From positions 124,001 to 188,000 of the IMG/VR virus record IMGVR_UViG_3300044846_005229: a stretch of 64,000 bases of DNA. One strand, 5' to 3'. The notes below the pieces were generated by a model that was not told the origin of the DNA, did no database searches, and worked only from the letters and a program-made list of their open reading frames with translations. Of this stretch, positions 56,916-64,000 are shown in pieces. Position 1 is the first letter of the stretch; every line of letters starts with the position of its first letter. The translations under genes were made by a program, and so were the position numbers.

Positions 56916-57371
56916 TCAACGATTGGCGGTGATTTTGGGACGACTAAAAATGGTAGCAACATAAATGCGCCCCCTTTTAGCCATAGCCGATACTGCTTTG
57001 TTGCGATTAAATACCGAAACTTTCTTAACCGTGGGTTCCATATTAGCCTTGGCAGCATCTTCTAGGGCCTTCAGTTTGGCTTTGGCAACTTCCACCGTTT
57101 GGGTAGCCTTTTGGATCTTAGCATTGCCAGAAAAATCGTATTCCTTGTCATCCCGCAGAATGAAATTACCATAAATTGTCTCAATTTTCTTAAGTTTGGC
57201 GGCATTCAGTTTTCCCACAATGGAAGCCTTAACAGCATTCTTACGCTCAGTCAGAACAGCAATACGTTCTTCCAGCGAAGATAAGCGACGGACAAGATTC
57301 TCGGTGGTTTGGGTTTGGATTGTGGTTTGGATTGTGGTTTGAGCGATGGCTATGGCTTCGGTGTGTGTCAA
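56916..57371 (-). CDS. coiled-coil basic protein
   Basis: TTG start; helical, K-rich. Confidence 0.55.
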   Translation of the reverse strand: MTHTEAIAIAQTTIQTTIQTQTTENLVRRLSSLEERIAVLTERKNAVKASIVGKLNAAKLKKIETIYGNFILRDDKEYDFSGNAKIQKATQTVEVAKAKLKALEDAAKANMEPTVKKVSVFNRNKAVSAMAKRGRIYVATIFSRPKITANR

Positions 57372-57472
57372 CTGAACCCATTATAGATGATGCCTGCCCC
57401 CTTGTCAACCCCCTAACCAAAACGCAACTAACACCAAGCATCTTGCTACGGGGGCAGCGGCGACAATGACTA

Positions 57473-57772
57473 CTAAACTAACTTGGCTTGAATTTTATCT
57501 AATTTCTCCAGTAGGATACTCATGGACTTGGCTTCCCCCACTGCAAGGTCTAATTGCCCCCTGGTCACATAAGTAGCAATACGCTCACTTTGTTTTGTGC
57601 GGAATACTGGGCAAAAAGACTCAGCACATTGTGCTAAGATGCCCCATTCTTCATTACTTAATTCAATCGAACGCTTGATCGGGTTATCTACACCATTGTC
57701 AAAATCCCCGTAATCATTAAACTTTTTTCCGAACTCGAAAGTAACCAATGGGTATTCAATTGGTGTGGTCAT
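57473..57772 (-). CDS. hypothetical protein
   Basis: ATGA overlap with 57769-58008. Confidence 0.65.
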   Translation of the reverse strand: MTTPIEYPLVTFEFGKKFNDYGDFDNGVDNPIKRSIELSNEEWGILAQCAESFCPVFRTKQSERIATYVTRGQLDLAVGEAKSMSILLEKLDKIQAKLV

Positions 57773-58008
57773 TTGGTGTTATGCAATTTATGAAGTTTAT
57801 TCAGAAAGAGGAAACCAGCGTATTTATGGAAAACTTCAACAGGTCTCCAATCATTGAAGTATTCAGATGACAGAAACCATTTGCCACTTTCCGATTTATA
57901 TACTCTGCCACACTCTGACATTGTATTTGAACTGCGGTAAACGACCAGAGACGGTTTATTTACTGAGATGTAGAGGGGGGATTGGTATTTTGTTTGGGGT
58001 TTGTCCAT
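57769..58008 (-). CDS. hypothetical protein
   Basis: Coupled operon. Confidence 0.6.
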   Translation of the reverse strand: MDKPQTKYQSPLYISVNKPSLVVYRSSNTMSECGRVYKSESGKWFLSSEYFNDWRPVEVFHKYAGFLFLNKLHKLHNTK

Positions 58009-58058
58009 GGTGGAGGCGGAAAGGGGATGAGGATGGGCTTAAATAAATGTGGAAACAA

Positions 58059-58781
58059 TCAACTAAAGATATCCACTGTTTCTTTTTTCTTAATCTGCCA
58101 GTAAGTGTCTCGTGTAGCATTATACGCAGTTAAAATACCTGAGAATACAGCCCCGGTATCAATCCCGATACGGTCATTAGTTATGTCCGGATCTTTACCT
58201 ACGATAGTATGACCATGGACAACTCTCTTTATTTTGGCGGTCCATTCATGCAGTTCAGGTCCCAGGCTAAGGAATGGTTCACGTATCCATAGTAGGTTGT
58301 CGGCCTTTTTAGTTTTAATTTGTTCAAAGGGATCATGCCCAGGAAACACTCCAGCATGAATAAACATTGTGTCCCCCACAGTCATGTAGATAGGTAGTTG
58401 TTTGATCCATTCATAGTGATTGGCCTTCATGTCTTCAAACTGTTTAAGATTGCCGCCATTCTTCACCCAAAGCGTCAAAGAATTGTATCCCCACGAGGTT
58501 TCGGATCCTACAACAACATCCATAAACATACGCTCATGGTTACCCCTCAGCACATTGAAACTTTCTAGTCCTGCACTTTCGGGGTCATCCATAAGCTCCT
58601 TGACTTTGTTAAGGACCTTCATATCTTCCCCGCCACGATCTATCAAGTCCCCCAGCAGAATCACTCGCGCCCTGGTTCCATTAAGCCACTTTAATGCGGC
58701 AGCTAAAACATCATAACGAGCGTGGATGTCACCAATGGCTACTACATCACCGGCATTTACTTTTTTCCTTAGTTTAGTCAT
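58059..58781 (-). CDS. calcineurin-like metallophosphoesterase (NinI/PphA-like)
   Basis: GDIHA, GDLIDRG, RGNHE, FIHAG, VHGHT, IDTG. Confidence 0.93.
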   Translation of the reverse strand: MTKLRKKVNAGDVVAIGDIHARYDVLAAALKWLNGTRARVILLGDLIDRGGEDMKVLNKVKELMDDPESAGLESFNVLRGNHERMFMDVVVGSETSWGYNSLTLWVKNGGNLKQFEDMKANHYEWIKQLPIYMTVGDTMFIHAGVFPGHDPFEQIKTKKADNLLWIREPFLSLGPELHEWTAKIKRVVHGHTIVGKDPDITNDRIGIDTGAVFSGILTAYNATRDTYWQIKKKETVDIFS

Positions 58782-58876
58782 TTTACTTCGGGGGTTTTAC
58801 TTTGGGGTTAATACTTCGGTATTTACCCTGTGGATATCCTATGGGTAATCTTGCGGGGTCACCATACGGGACCATA

Positions 58877-59374
58877 CTACGGACCCTTGCGGCAACCAAC
58901 ATATTCTACCATAGAAAAACCTTCCGTGTCAACCCCCCTTAAGGACGCTTGCAAGGCAGAGTGCATCTTTTCAATAACCAACTCAGGTACATTGCGACCC
59001 CTAGCTGCATTTTGCTTAAGACAAATTTCCAGGGGTGGATTCACTATGATGGCTCTAATGTTAGGGTACCCATAACTCTGGAGCAAAGCAATTGCATCCT
59101 TGCGGTATTTTGCCCTATAATGGGTGCCATCCATAATTAACACCTTACCAACATTTTCCTCTATCAGGTTTTCAATACGATCTTGAATAACCATCCATTC
59201 GCCCTGAATATTGGCATCCCCATATAATTCTGCTCGGATTTGGTCCCCGGAGAGGATTACTGCGTTTTCACGTTCAGCAAGCCTAGCAGCATAGGTGGAT
59301 TTACCGGAGCCAGGGGCCCCTACCATGATGTAGGCGTAGTTGTGGTTGCAGGTGAGGGTGTTTATAGGGACCAT
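58877..59374 (-). CDS. P-loop kinase, AAA_33/polynucleotide-kinase-like
   Basis: MVGAPGSGKST, D.IR.EL.GD, IMDGT..RAKYR, RGRNVPE.VI..M. Confidence 0.85.
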   Translation of the reverse strand: MVPINTLTCNHNYAYIMVGAPGSGKSTYAARLAERENAVILSGDQIRAELYGDANIQGEWMVIQDRIENLIEENVGKVLIMDGTHYRAKYRKDAIALLQSYGYPNIRAIIVNPPLEICLKQNAARGRNVPELVIEKMHSALQASLRGVDTEGFSMVEYVGCRKGP

Positions 59375-59484
59375 AAAAAAAAAAAGGGGGGGGGGGTTCA
59401 AGGACCAGGAGTGTAGGGGTTCAAGGACCAAGGATGCCATAACCACATCAATTACACTTAGTATAGCATACCGCCAACCAAAGG

Positions 59485-59703
59485 TCAACGCCCGAAAGTC
59501 AAAAACCTATATCTATCCAACCAATCCTTTAGCAAATCATCATCTTCGACTACTTGGGAGTTTTGATTTACAAAATCTTCAACTACCCACGCAACTTCTT
59601 TGAATTGCAATTCATTGCAATCCGGTTTGAATGAGACTTTGAGATTGGGGTATTTGGGTAGTATGGCCGCTAGTTGTGACTTTAGACTTGATGGTGTGCT
59701 CAT
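59485..59703 (-). CDS. hypothetical protein
   Basis: Start MSTPSS. Confidence 0.55.
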   Translation of the reverse strand: MSTPSSLKSQLAAILPKYPNLKVSFKPDCNELQFKEVAWVVEDFVNQNSQVVEDDDLLKDWLDRYRFLTFGR

Positions 59704-59742
59704 TTTGCAACTGCCGGGATTCAACAAACTTACCCATTATCC

Positions 59743-59973
59743 TCAAAGGTCAGTCTCTAAGGCAATTTCCCCCAAGTTAAACCTTTCCATAATGTCCAAA
59801 TAACCTGCATTCAAGATACCTTGAATAAGGTCACCGTCATCTAGTTCCTTCAGATTTGCAGTCAAGGCTTCGCAATAAACACGAATAAGTTCCTTAACTG
59901 GTGCATTTTCTGCAACACGGGACACCAAAATGTCGATCAGTTCGTTGCGATTTTCAATCGATTTAGGAGCCAT
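59743..59973 (-). CDS. conserved cyanophage small protein
   Basis: Start MAPKSIENRNEL. Confidence 0.65.
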   Translation of the reverse strand: MAPKSIENRNELIDILVSRVAENAPVKELIRVYCEALTANLKELDDGDLIQGILNAGYLDIMERFNLGEIALETDL

Positions 59974-60095
59974 TTTTTGTCTGTTTAGTTTGTTTAGTCT
60001 GTTCGGTCTGTTCGGTCTGTTTAGTCCGTTTGGTCCATCAATGTAATTATACAATTACCTTAATATAACCAAGATGTAACCCCCAGGGATTACAA

Positions 60096-60184
60096 AGGAA
60101 GAAGGGGGATTCGAACCCCCGGAGCCGCGAAAGCGACTCTGCAGTTTTCAAGACTGCTGCTATCAGCCACTCAGCCACTCTTCC
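60096..60184 (-). tRNA. tRNA-Ser(TGA)
   Basis: GGAAGAG acceptor, GCAGT-CTTGAAA-ACTGC arm, long variable arm, GGTTCGAATCC; no CCA. Confidence 0.93.
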
Positions 60185-60221
60185 AGTGGTTCATCTAATG
60201 GGCCTTCAATTGGGCCAGAAC

Positions 60222-61082
60222 CTATGACTTTATCTCACCTTGTTCTAATTCACTTGGGGTTTCTTTCTTTGGCCCCTTTGAAATTTTACGATTAGATTTG
60301 TAGCCGCACTTGCTTAATTTGTCTAGGAACAAAAATAGTCTATCTAACCAAGTTAGAGTGGGCAAGGTAGCTTTCGGTCCGAACATCGGGGTTTTTCTGC
60401 CTTTCCAATTTAGGCCGATTCCGGCTTCACTTTCGATATGAATGACCACGATTTCCGGTAGTAACTCTCTTTTTTCTCGTGGCCACTTTTTGCAATGCAA
60501 AACATCTGTGCGATCCGCAAATCCGTGCTTGCTCGGGTATTGACTTACCCCTGAACCTACTGGATTCCACATTTGGAAGTAACCGATTGGCTCATAGCCC
60601 CCTTGCCAAGTTTTGTATTCAGCAATTCTGACCCCGACCGGATACCTGTCTAAATGGATAAAAATCCAAGAATCTTGAATGGGAGATGGCTTATCTACAA
60701 ACTTTATCCAATCTTCATAACCAGGGCACATCAAACGGTCGGCACCATAGATCTTTTCCTTATCTAGGGGTAAATTCTCTAGAATTGATCGTGTTTGAGG
60801 GGGCAAGTAGATATCTGAGTCCAGGTGCAGAACCCATCCATCTAGGCTTAGTTTTTCTAACCCTGCATTTATTCCTTTGCCTTTATTAAAGGAGTCACCG
60901 TTCTCATAAAAAACATCCGTTTGAACACACTCTACATTGTAGTATTCGCATAGCTTCTTAGTATCGTTATCCTTAGTATCGGTAACGACTACGAGTTTAT
61001 CAAATTGATTTCGGGTGCTGGGCAAGGTATGGGCCAGGAAGTCAGAGTAGTTGACGCAAATAATGACGGCTTCGAGTTTCAC
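60222..61082 (-). CDS. glycosyltransferase family 2/A-like protein
   Basis: N-terminal VIICVNY, FNKGKGINAGL, LHLDSD (DxD); GTG start. Confidence 0.75.
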   Translation of the reverse strand: MKLEAVIICVNYSDFLAHTLPSTRNQFDKLVVVTDTKDNDTKKLCEYYNVECVQTDVFYENGDSFNKGKGINAGLEKLSLDGWVLHLDSDIYLPPQTRSILENLPLDKEKIYGADRLMCPGYEDWIKFVDKPSPIQDSWIFIHLDRYPVGVRIAEYKTWQGGYEPIGYFQMWNPVGSGVSQYPSKHGFADRTDVLHCKKWPREKRELLPEIVVIHIESEAGIGLNWKGRKTPMFGPKATLPTLTWLDRLFLFLDKLSKCGYKSNRKISKGPKKETPSELEQGEIKS

Positions 61083-61131
61083 GGTTGGACGGGGGGGTAA
61101 GCCTACCTTAAATTTTACCCCCCCCCGTTCA

Positions 61132-61335
61132 TTAACCTTTCAAATTAGATTTGGCAAGGTCTAATGCGATCCAGTTTTTCAGGGTTTGAAGACTGCGAAT
61201 TTTTGCCTGAAGGTGTGATAATCCTTCTTCGGAAAAAGACTCAGGACATAACTCTCGTTCAGCAATTAGTTCCCCTGCGTACATTTCAAGAGCTTCGATG
61301 GCTAGCTCTTTATCTTGTTTGGAAATTAGTGACAT
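61132..61335 (-). CDS. small hypothetical protein
   Basis: 67-aa ORF in operon. Confidence 0.6.
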   Translation of the reverse strand: MSLISKQDKELAIEALEMYAGELIAERELCPESFSEEGLSHLQAKIRSLQTLKNWIALDLAKSNLKG

Positions 61336-61338
61336 GGC

Positions 61339-62715
61339 CTATGAGTTGAAACCTTTGGGTGCGTTGAATCTTGGCTTGGACTTCTCTTTCTTGGAGCTAA
61401 CAGCCCATTCAGACCCTTCTTTCGAAGATGAATTATCTGTCTCGCAAAATCTCTTTGCCCCCACGTAGAAAGTTTCTTTTAACTTTTGGGTAAGCTCATA
61501 GAACTTGGCGTCTGCCTCTGTATTTGAACCTAGTTTTGGTACTCTAAATCGCAAAGTTCCAAAAAACCTACCCTTGCCGACCTCGTAAGTTTCTTGAATT
61601 TTGTTGTATGCTTTTCCACTTACAATGTCATCTTCCGTCAGCTCTAAAAGACCCTCAATCATCTCTTTCGTTGGAGCTTGCTTAACATTGGTGTCTTTGG
61701 ACAAATTGCTGAAGATAAGATTGTCGGTAATACGGTAGAATCTGTTCAAATTACCTAACAAAGACCGCTTGTATTCTCGGACATTCCGTTGAACTTTCCT
61801 TAGGGTGTTACCCTTGGTAGGATCATAACCGATGATTTTACAAAAGTATAGGTCTTCATAACTTTGACCTTTTTCCAGGGTCTGAATCTCATTCGTTGCA
61901 CAAGCGAGTAAGACTTGAAGGTCCAGTGAGCCCATGTGACTACGGAGGTTAGAACGGGGGTAGTCATAAGGGGCAATCCATCCAAAATACGCACGAGAGT
62001 AATCACCTACCACTATTGCTTTTTCGGTTGAACACGGTGAGTCATTAGGGTATTTCGCCAACCGATCATAGCCAGGCAGGATTTTGGGCGCATGTTGGTT
62101 GTTAGAGTAAGTAACCTTAAATGACGGGAACACTTTAGCTACCTCTTCCTCAGTTTGTCTTTCTATAAGAGCAGGGTCTAACGGTGTTGAAGAATCCATA
62201 GTATAGTACAAGTCCGGAATAATAACATCTAAGGTTTCAGTTCGGAGTTTCAGGTCTCTCTTTCTTAATTCGTACTCTTTTGTTATATTATTAATTGTCA
62301 ATTCCTCCTGCAATTTTTTACATTGCCCCTGAGTAAGGGAATCTAAAAAGTGCCAAAATTCTAAAACTTTATTCCAATTCTTTCCGAGAACTCTCTCAGG
62401 TTCATTGAGTACGATGGCCGGGTTTAGGCTTGAAAGGTCGTTGAACCTTCGTAGAAGAATTGAGTGAATAACACTAATTCCTAGGGCCTTAGCTGTGATT
62501 TTATCTAGATTAGGGATACCTATAGAGAGATGCCCCTTCGCTAGAAAAGCCTGAAAGTCCATCACTCCCATGCCCTTAGAGAGCATAATCGCTTCACTCT
62601 GGGCACAAGGGCTGAGACATCTTTCTTCTCTCACCAGTTCGTAACCCTTACCGGGCATACCCCCAGGCTGAGACCATTTTTTAGTTAGTTTGTTTATTAG
62701 TCCGGTGTTTGCCAT
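61339..62715 (-). CDS. 458-aa hypothetical with N-terminal domain paralogous to 36117-36701
   Basis: CAQSEAI, HSILLRRFND, PERVLGKNWNKVLEFW. Confidence 0.75.
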   Translation of the reverse strand: MANTGLINKLTKKWSQPGGMPGKGYELVREERCLSPCAQSEAIMLSKGMGVMDFQAFLAKGHLSIGIPNLDKITAKALGISVIHSILLRRFNDLSSLNPAIVLNEPERVLGKNWNKVLEFWHFLDSLTQGQCKKLQEELTINNITKEYELRKRDLKLRTETLDVIIPDLYYTMDSSTPLDPALIERQTEEEVAKVFPSFKVTYSNNQHAPKILPGYDRLAKYPNDSPCSTEKAIVVGDYSRAYFGWIAPYDYPRSNLRSHMGSLDLQVLLACATNEIQTLEKGQSYEDLYFCKIIGYDPTKGNTLRKVQRNVREYKRSLLGNLNRFYRITDNLIFSNLSKDTNVKQAPTKEMIEGLLELTEDDIVSGKAYNKIQETYEVGKGRFFGTLRFRVPKLGSNTEADAKFYELTQKLKETFYVGAKRFCETDNSSSKEGSEWAVSSKKEKSKPRFNAPKGFNS

Positions 62716-62801
62716 TTTTTTTATAGTTGTTGGTGTAGGTTGTTAATGAAAAGGATACAAATTTTGGTTACAAACCATGGTCATTATTACCCAAAGTCAA
62801 A

Positions 62802-62891
62802 TAGGCGCGTAGGGAATCGAACCCTAACTAGCCGGTAATCTGCCGGAGAGGTCTTCATAAGGGACCCTGTGCTACCGTACACCACACGCCC
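62802..62891 (-). tRNA. tRNA-Ile(TAT) with long variable arm
   Basis: GGGCGTG/CGCGCCT acceptor, loop CT-TAT-GA, CCGG-CAGATTA-CCGG extra arm, GGTTCGATTCC; no CCA. Confidence 0.7.
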
Positions 62892-63095
62892 GAATTTCCA
62901 GGAGTTAAACAATCGTGTTAATTACCCCGTTAGTTTCCAATTAGTTTTAATTAGGTGAAAAATCGCCCCTGGCTTTGTTAGAGCCATTGTTTAATGGTGT
63001 TTGGTTATGGACGTATCCATGGAACCATGTAGTGTATTATCAATGGGGCATTTCCTAAACGTTAATCGTTTCTACAGCGGCCAACTTAAATCAAG

Positions 63096-63245
63096 TCAAC
63101 CAGCAACATCCTGATCGTAAAGATCAAGAGCCTCTAGAACTTCTACCCCCGTCTCAGCAGCATCTAGCCGAAGAAGCAAATCTGCAGCAGCAGGATTACT
63201 TTCAGACAGTACAGCTGCCTTAGCAGCAATCAGAGCATTAGCCAT
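63096..63245 (-). CDS. 49-aa cyanophage-type small protein
   Basis: MANALIAAKAAVLSESNPAAADLLLRLDAAETGVEVLEALDLYDQDVAG, hand-translated. Confidence 0.6.
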   Translation of the reverse strand: MANALIAAKAAVLSESNPAAADLLLRLDAAETGVEVLEALDLYDQDVAG

Positions 63246-63304
63246 TTTTGTTTGTTTTTGTGAGCTTTGTTTAACACTTGGTATGGCTGCATCTCAGCAA
63301 CCAA

Positions 63305-63376
63305 CACCCTGAGAGGGATTTGAACCCCCGACCGACGACTTAGAAGGTCGCTGCTCTTCCACTGAGCTACCAGGGC
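63305..63376 (-). tRNA. tRNA-Arg(TCT)
   Basis: GCCCTGG acceptor, GCGAC-CTTCTAA-GTCGT arm, GGTTCAAATCC; no CCA. Confidence 0.93.
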
Positions 63377-63495
63377 TTGATATTTGGTTGATGGCTGCGG
63401 GTGGAAGCACCCCCGGCATCTACACCTATTATAGCACGTTTTTGGGCAAAGTCAATGGGTGTTGCCGAACGCTGCCGGTCACTACCCGATACCAA

Positions 63496-63780
63496 TCAAA
63501 TAGTATAATAATGAATTAAACTGAACGATCCAGGGAATTTTCGGGTAGCATCATCCAAGGCAGCAATCTCCTGTATCTTCCCGTAGGCCCTATCCATGTT
63601 TTCCTGAGAATCCCAAAATAACAAGACCGTAACCTGACCGCCTCTAACTGAGTCTATTTGCTTTCTGATGAACCCTTGCTGTTGTCTTAGCCATGGTTCC
63701 CAAACTTTACCGTATGTGTCAAGAAAATCTGTGATGGATTGCGATGGTATAACTTGAAATGTTAAACTTTCGATTTTCAC
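63496..63780 (-). CDS. TIGR03792-like cyanobacterial dimeric alpha/beta-barrel protein
   Basis: IESLTFQV...VWEPWL..QQGFIRK...V.LFWDSQE; GTG start. Confidence 0.65.
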   Translation of the reverse strand: MKIESLTFQVIPSQSITDFLDTYGKVWEPWLRQQQGFIRKQIDSVRGGQVTVLLFWDSQENMDRAYGKIQEIAALDDATRKFPGSFSLIHYYTI

Positions 63781-63810
63781 TTTGGGTGTAGGTGTGTTGT
63801 TTTTCTTAAC

Positions 63811-64000
63811 TTATTTGCCATCACTATCAGATCGCTTCCATTCTGTCCAATGATCTACTGGGCACCTCATGTTCGCCATTGTCGTTTTTAGTGGCATATA
63901 GCACCCACATCGCTCACAAATTGAACTCTTTTCGTTAAACGCCCCACAAGTATTACTTTCGCAAATTGCTAACCTATCCTTTGCAACTTGGCGAGGAGCA
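63811..64000 (-). CDS. DUF6171-like Cys-rich protein, 3' part only
   Basis: RLAICES..C...CERCGCYMPLKT...CPVDHW, hand-translated, open at window edge. Confidence 0.7.
   Translation of the reverse strand, partial: APRQVAKDRLAICESNTCGAFNEKSSICERCGCYMPLKTTMANMRCPVDHWTEWKRSDSDGK

Noticed and set aside
417-59803. All plus-strand ORFs in the supplied track (e.g. 40801-41352, 47181-47906, 13118-13768)
   Set aside because: They are antisense shadows of repeat-rich or GC-rich minus-strand genes, with no promoters or protein motifs.
62802-62891. Ochre (TTA) suppressor reading, which could rescue the alaS TAA
   Set aside because: Loop symmetry and U33 place TAT, not TTA, at positions 34-36.
1-64000. 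Host chromosome or prophage origin suggested by cysS, dnaN, tmk and cca
   Set aside because: These genes lack their chromosomal neighbours and sit among phage-type ORFs on one strand. No integrase or att site was seen.

Overview
A 64-kb accessory/early region of what is most likely a large lytic cyanophage. The host is inferred from cyanobacterial-type DnaN, CysRS, Tmk, a CopG-like protein and a TIGR03792-like protein, plus small ORFs resembling cyanomyovirus proteins. No capsid, tail, terminase, polymerase or photosynthesis genes are visible. Every credible gene is on the minus strand. (1) 1-5.9 kb: compact operons (DEDD exonuclease fragment, RHH protein, thymidylate kinase, C39-like peptidase). 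(2) 5.9-32.6 kb: low coding density. About 55 mostly single-gene cassettes, each a near-consensus sigma70 promoter, a short C/A-rich leader, a 45-180 aa ORF and a hairpin. The spacers are built from repeats: about 21 HLR1/RpaB-like direct repeats, about 12 cyanobacterial LexA-box-like palindromes, and eight ~200-bp AT-rich elements whose central 26-bp hairpin occurs in two opposite orientations (4 and 4). Two plus-strand promoters drive a shared structured non-coding sequence. (3) 32.6-64 kb: denser and partly AT-rich. It holds a doubly broken AlaRS-like gene, N6-MTase/DUF4942, pentapeptide protein, CysRS, DnaN, SPFH protein, an HNH nuclease split at a G9 tract, CCA-adding enzyme, metallophosphatase, P-loop kinase, glycosyltransferase and three tRNAs; a fourth, degenerate tRNA lies at 14.7 kb. 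Best candidate for an undescribed system: a promoter-cassette array whose spacers carry host transcription-factor sites (RpaB-like and LexA-like), possibly a DNA decoy, together with the flip-flop hairpin elements. All counts and coordinates were read by hand and no database searches were run.
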